The notes below the pieces were generated by a model. It had not been told where the DNA came from and did not search any database. It saw nothing but the letters and a program-made list of their open reading frames with translations. The position numbers and the translations under genes are program-made. Shown piece by piece: positions 17,096-17,752 of a stretch of 17,752 bases of DNA (positions within the stretch are counted from its first letter, which is position 1; every line of letters begins with the position of its first letter). The DNA comes from an uncultured Gemmatimonadota bacterium (GTDB taxonomy: Bacteria; SM23-81; DAOVCL01): assembly GCA_964626665.1 (NCBI GenBank), contig CAZVGK010000046.1, positions 1-17,752 on the forward strand, given 5' to 3'.

Positions 17096-17701
17096 GAGCC
17101 TATACACTCCTGCTTTTCTAGGTCATAGGTAAGCGTTTGTACACGCCATGAAGCCTTAGACTTTAATCGGCTAAAGCTCACCCTTACCCTAAAATCTTCA
17201 CCTAATGTTGGTGCGTTTCTACCAGCCAACCAGATTCCATAATCAACCGTTGGATTGTACCTTTCCTGTAATTTCCCATTCGGAATTGCTGCAATAGTTA
17301 CTTCACTCAAATGATGAATGCCTTCACTATCATCATGGTACATAAAATGGATAAGGCATGTTGTTGTAAGATAGTTTTTGCCTCCATATTCGGATATTTC
17401 TGGTAAAAATCCTTTTTTCATTAACCTCGGCACCAGATCGCCTTTGTCTCACCCACATAGAAGTTTGCGACATCTGAATGGTTGCGGATCGATTTTCCTT
17501 TTCTGCTTTTGAGTCAATAAACAATGCCTGTCTAACGGTTTGTTCGGGCAAAATTACATATCTAGCTTTCTTGTAATCAACTGTTCCGTACACTCTCTGT
17601 TGCACATTAAATCCTGAAAGCCGATCAAGCAATTCTCGCGTTATATCTTCAGCAATATCTTTAACGCTATCAGGCGATTTAAGGAATATTTCATGTGCTT
17701 C
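17083..17701 (-). pseudogene. SfiI-family type II restriction endonuclease, frameshifted and 5'-truncated
   Basis: EAHEIF..IAEDITRE..R.YG.VDYKKARY..QALFIDSKAEKE..QMSQ in one frame, then GFLP..TT..IHFMY..PNGKLQERYNP..AGRNAPTLGEDFRVRVSFSRLK..WRVQ in another. This matches my recollection of the SfiI motif order. The shift is at the T6 run 17413-17418; an in-frame TAG and no start codon lie upstream. Confidence 0.82.
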
Positions 17702-17752
17702 AACGGATCTTCCACTTAAGGATGTGATATTTTTAACATCTAACTATTTGTT

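Larger units (their letters stand above)
12601..17701 (-). mobile_element. Integron gene cassette array (six attC sites; integrase/attI not in window)
   Basis: Co-oriented short genes of differing base composition, each cassette followed closely by an RYYYAAC...GTTRRRY-like palindrome. Confidence 0.92.

Overview
The left part holds three intact minus-strand genes: comM/YifB, a TonB-family protein, and a 1385-aa CoA-substrate-specific activase/dehydratase fusion. They are separated by intergenic DNA rich in REP-like palindromes. The most notable element there is an 838-nt ORF-less group II intron (3263-4100, minus strand) inserted in the loop of a short hairpin repeat, of which three uninterrupted copies occur elsewhere in the window. 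It sits next to a decayed RelE-type toxin-antitoxin pair. An IS3-family element and a hairpin-dense non-coding tract (10.8-11.9 kb) follow. The right 5.7 kb is a minus-strand integron cassette array with six attC sites and no integrase in view. Its cargo, in transcription order, is a broken SfiI-like restriction enzyme plus intact methyltransferase, an unknown 267-aa protein, a DUF4258/YgiT zinc-finger pair, a gene-less cassette containing an inverted mini-attC, TfoX_N plus VOC, HicBA, and a terminal DUF4160/DUF2442 pair. All family assignments come from motif recognition by eye; no searches or folding were run.
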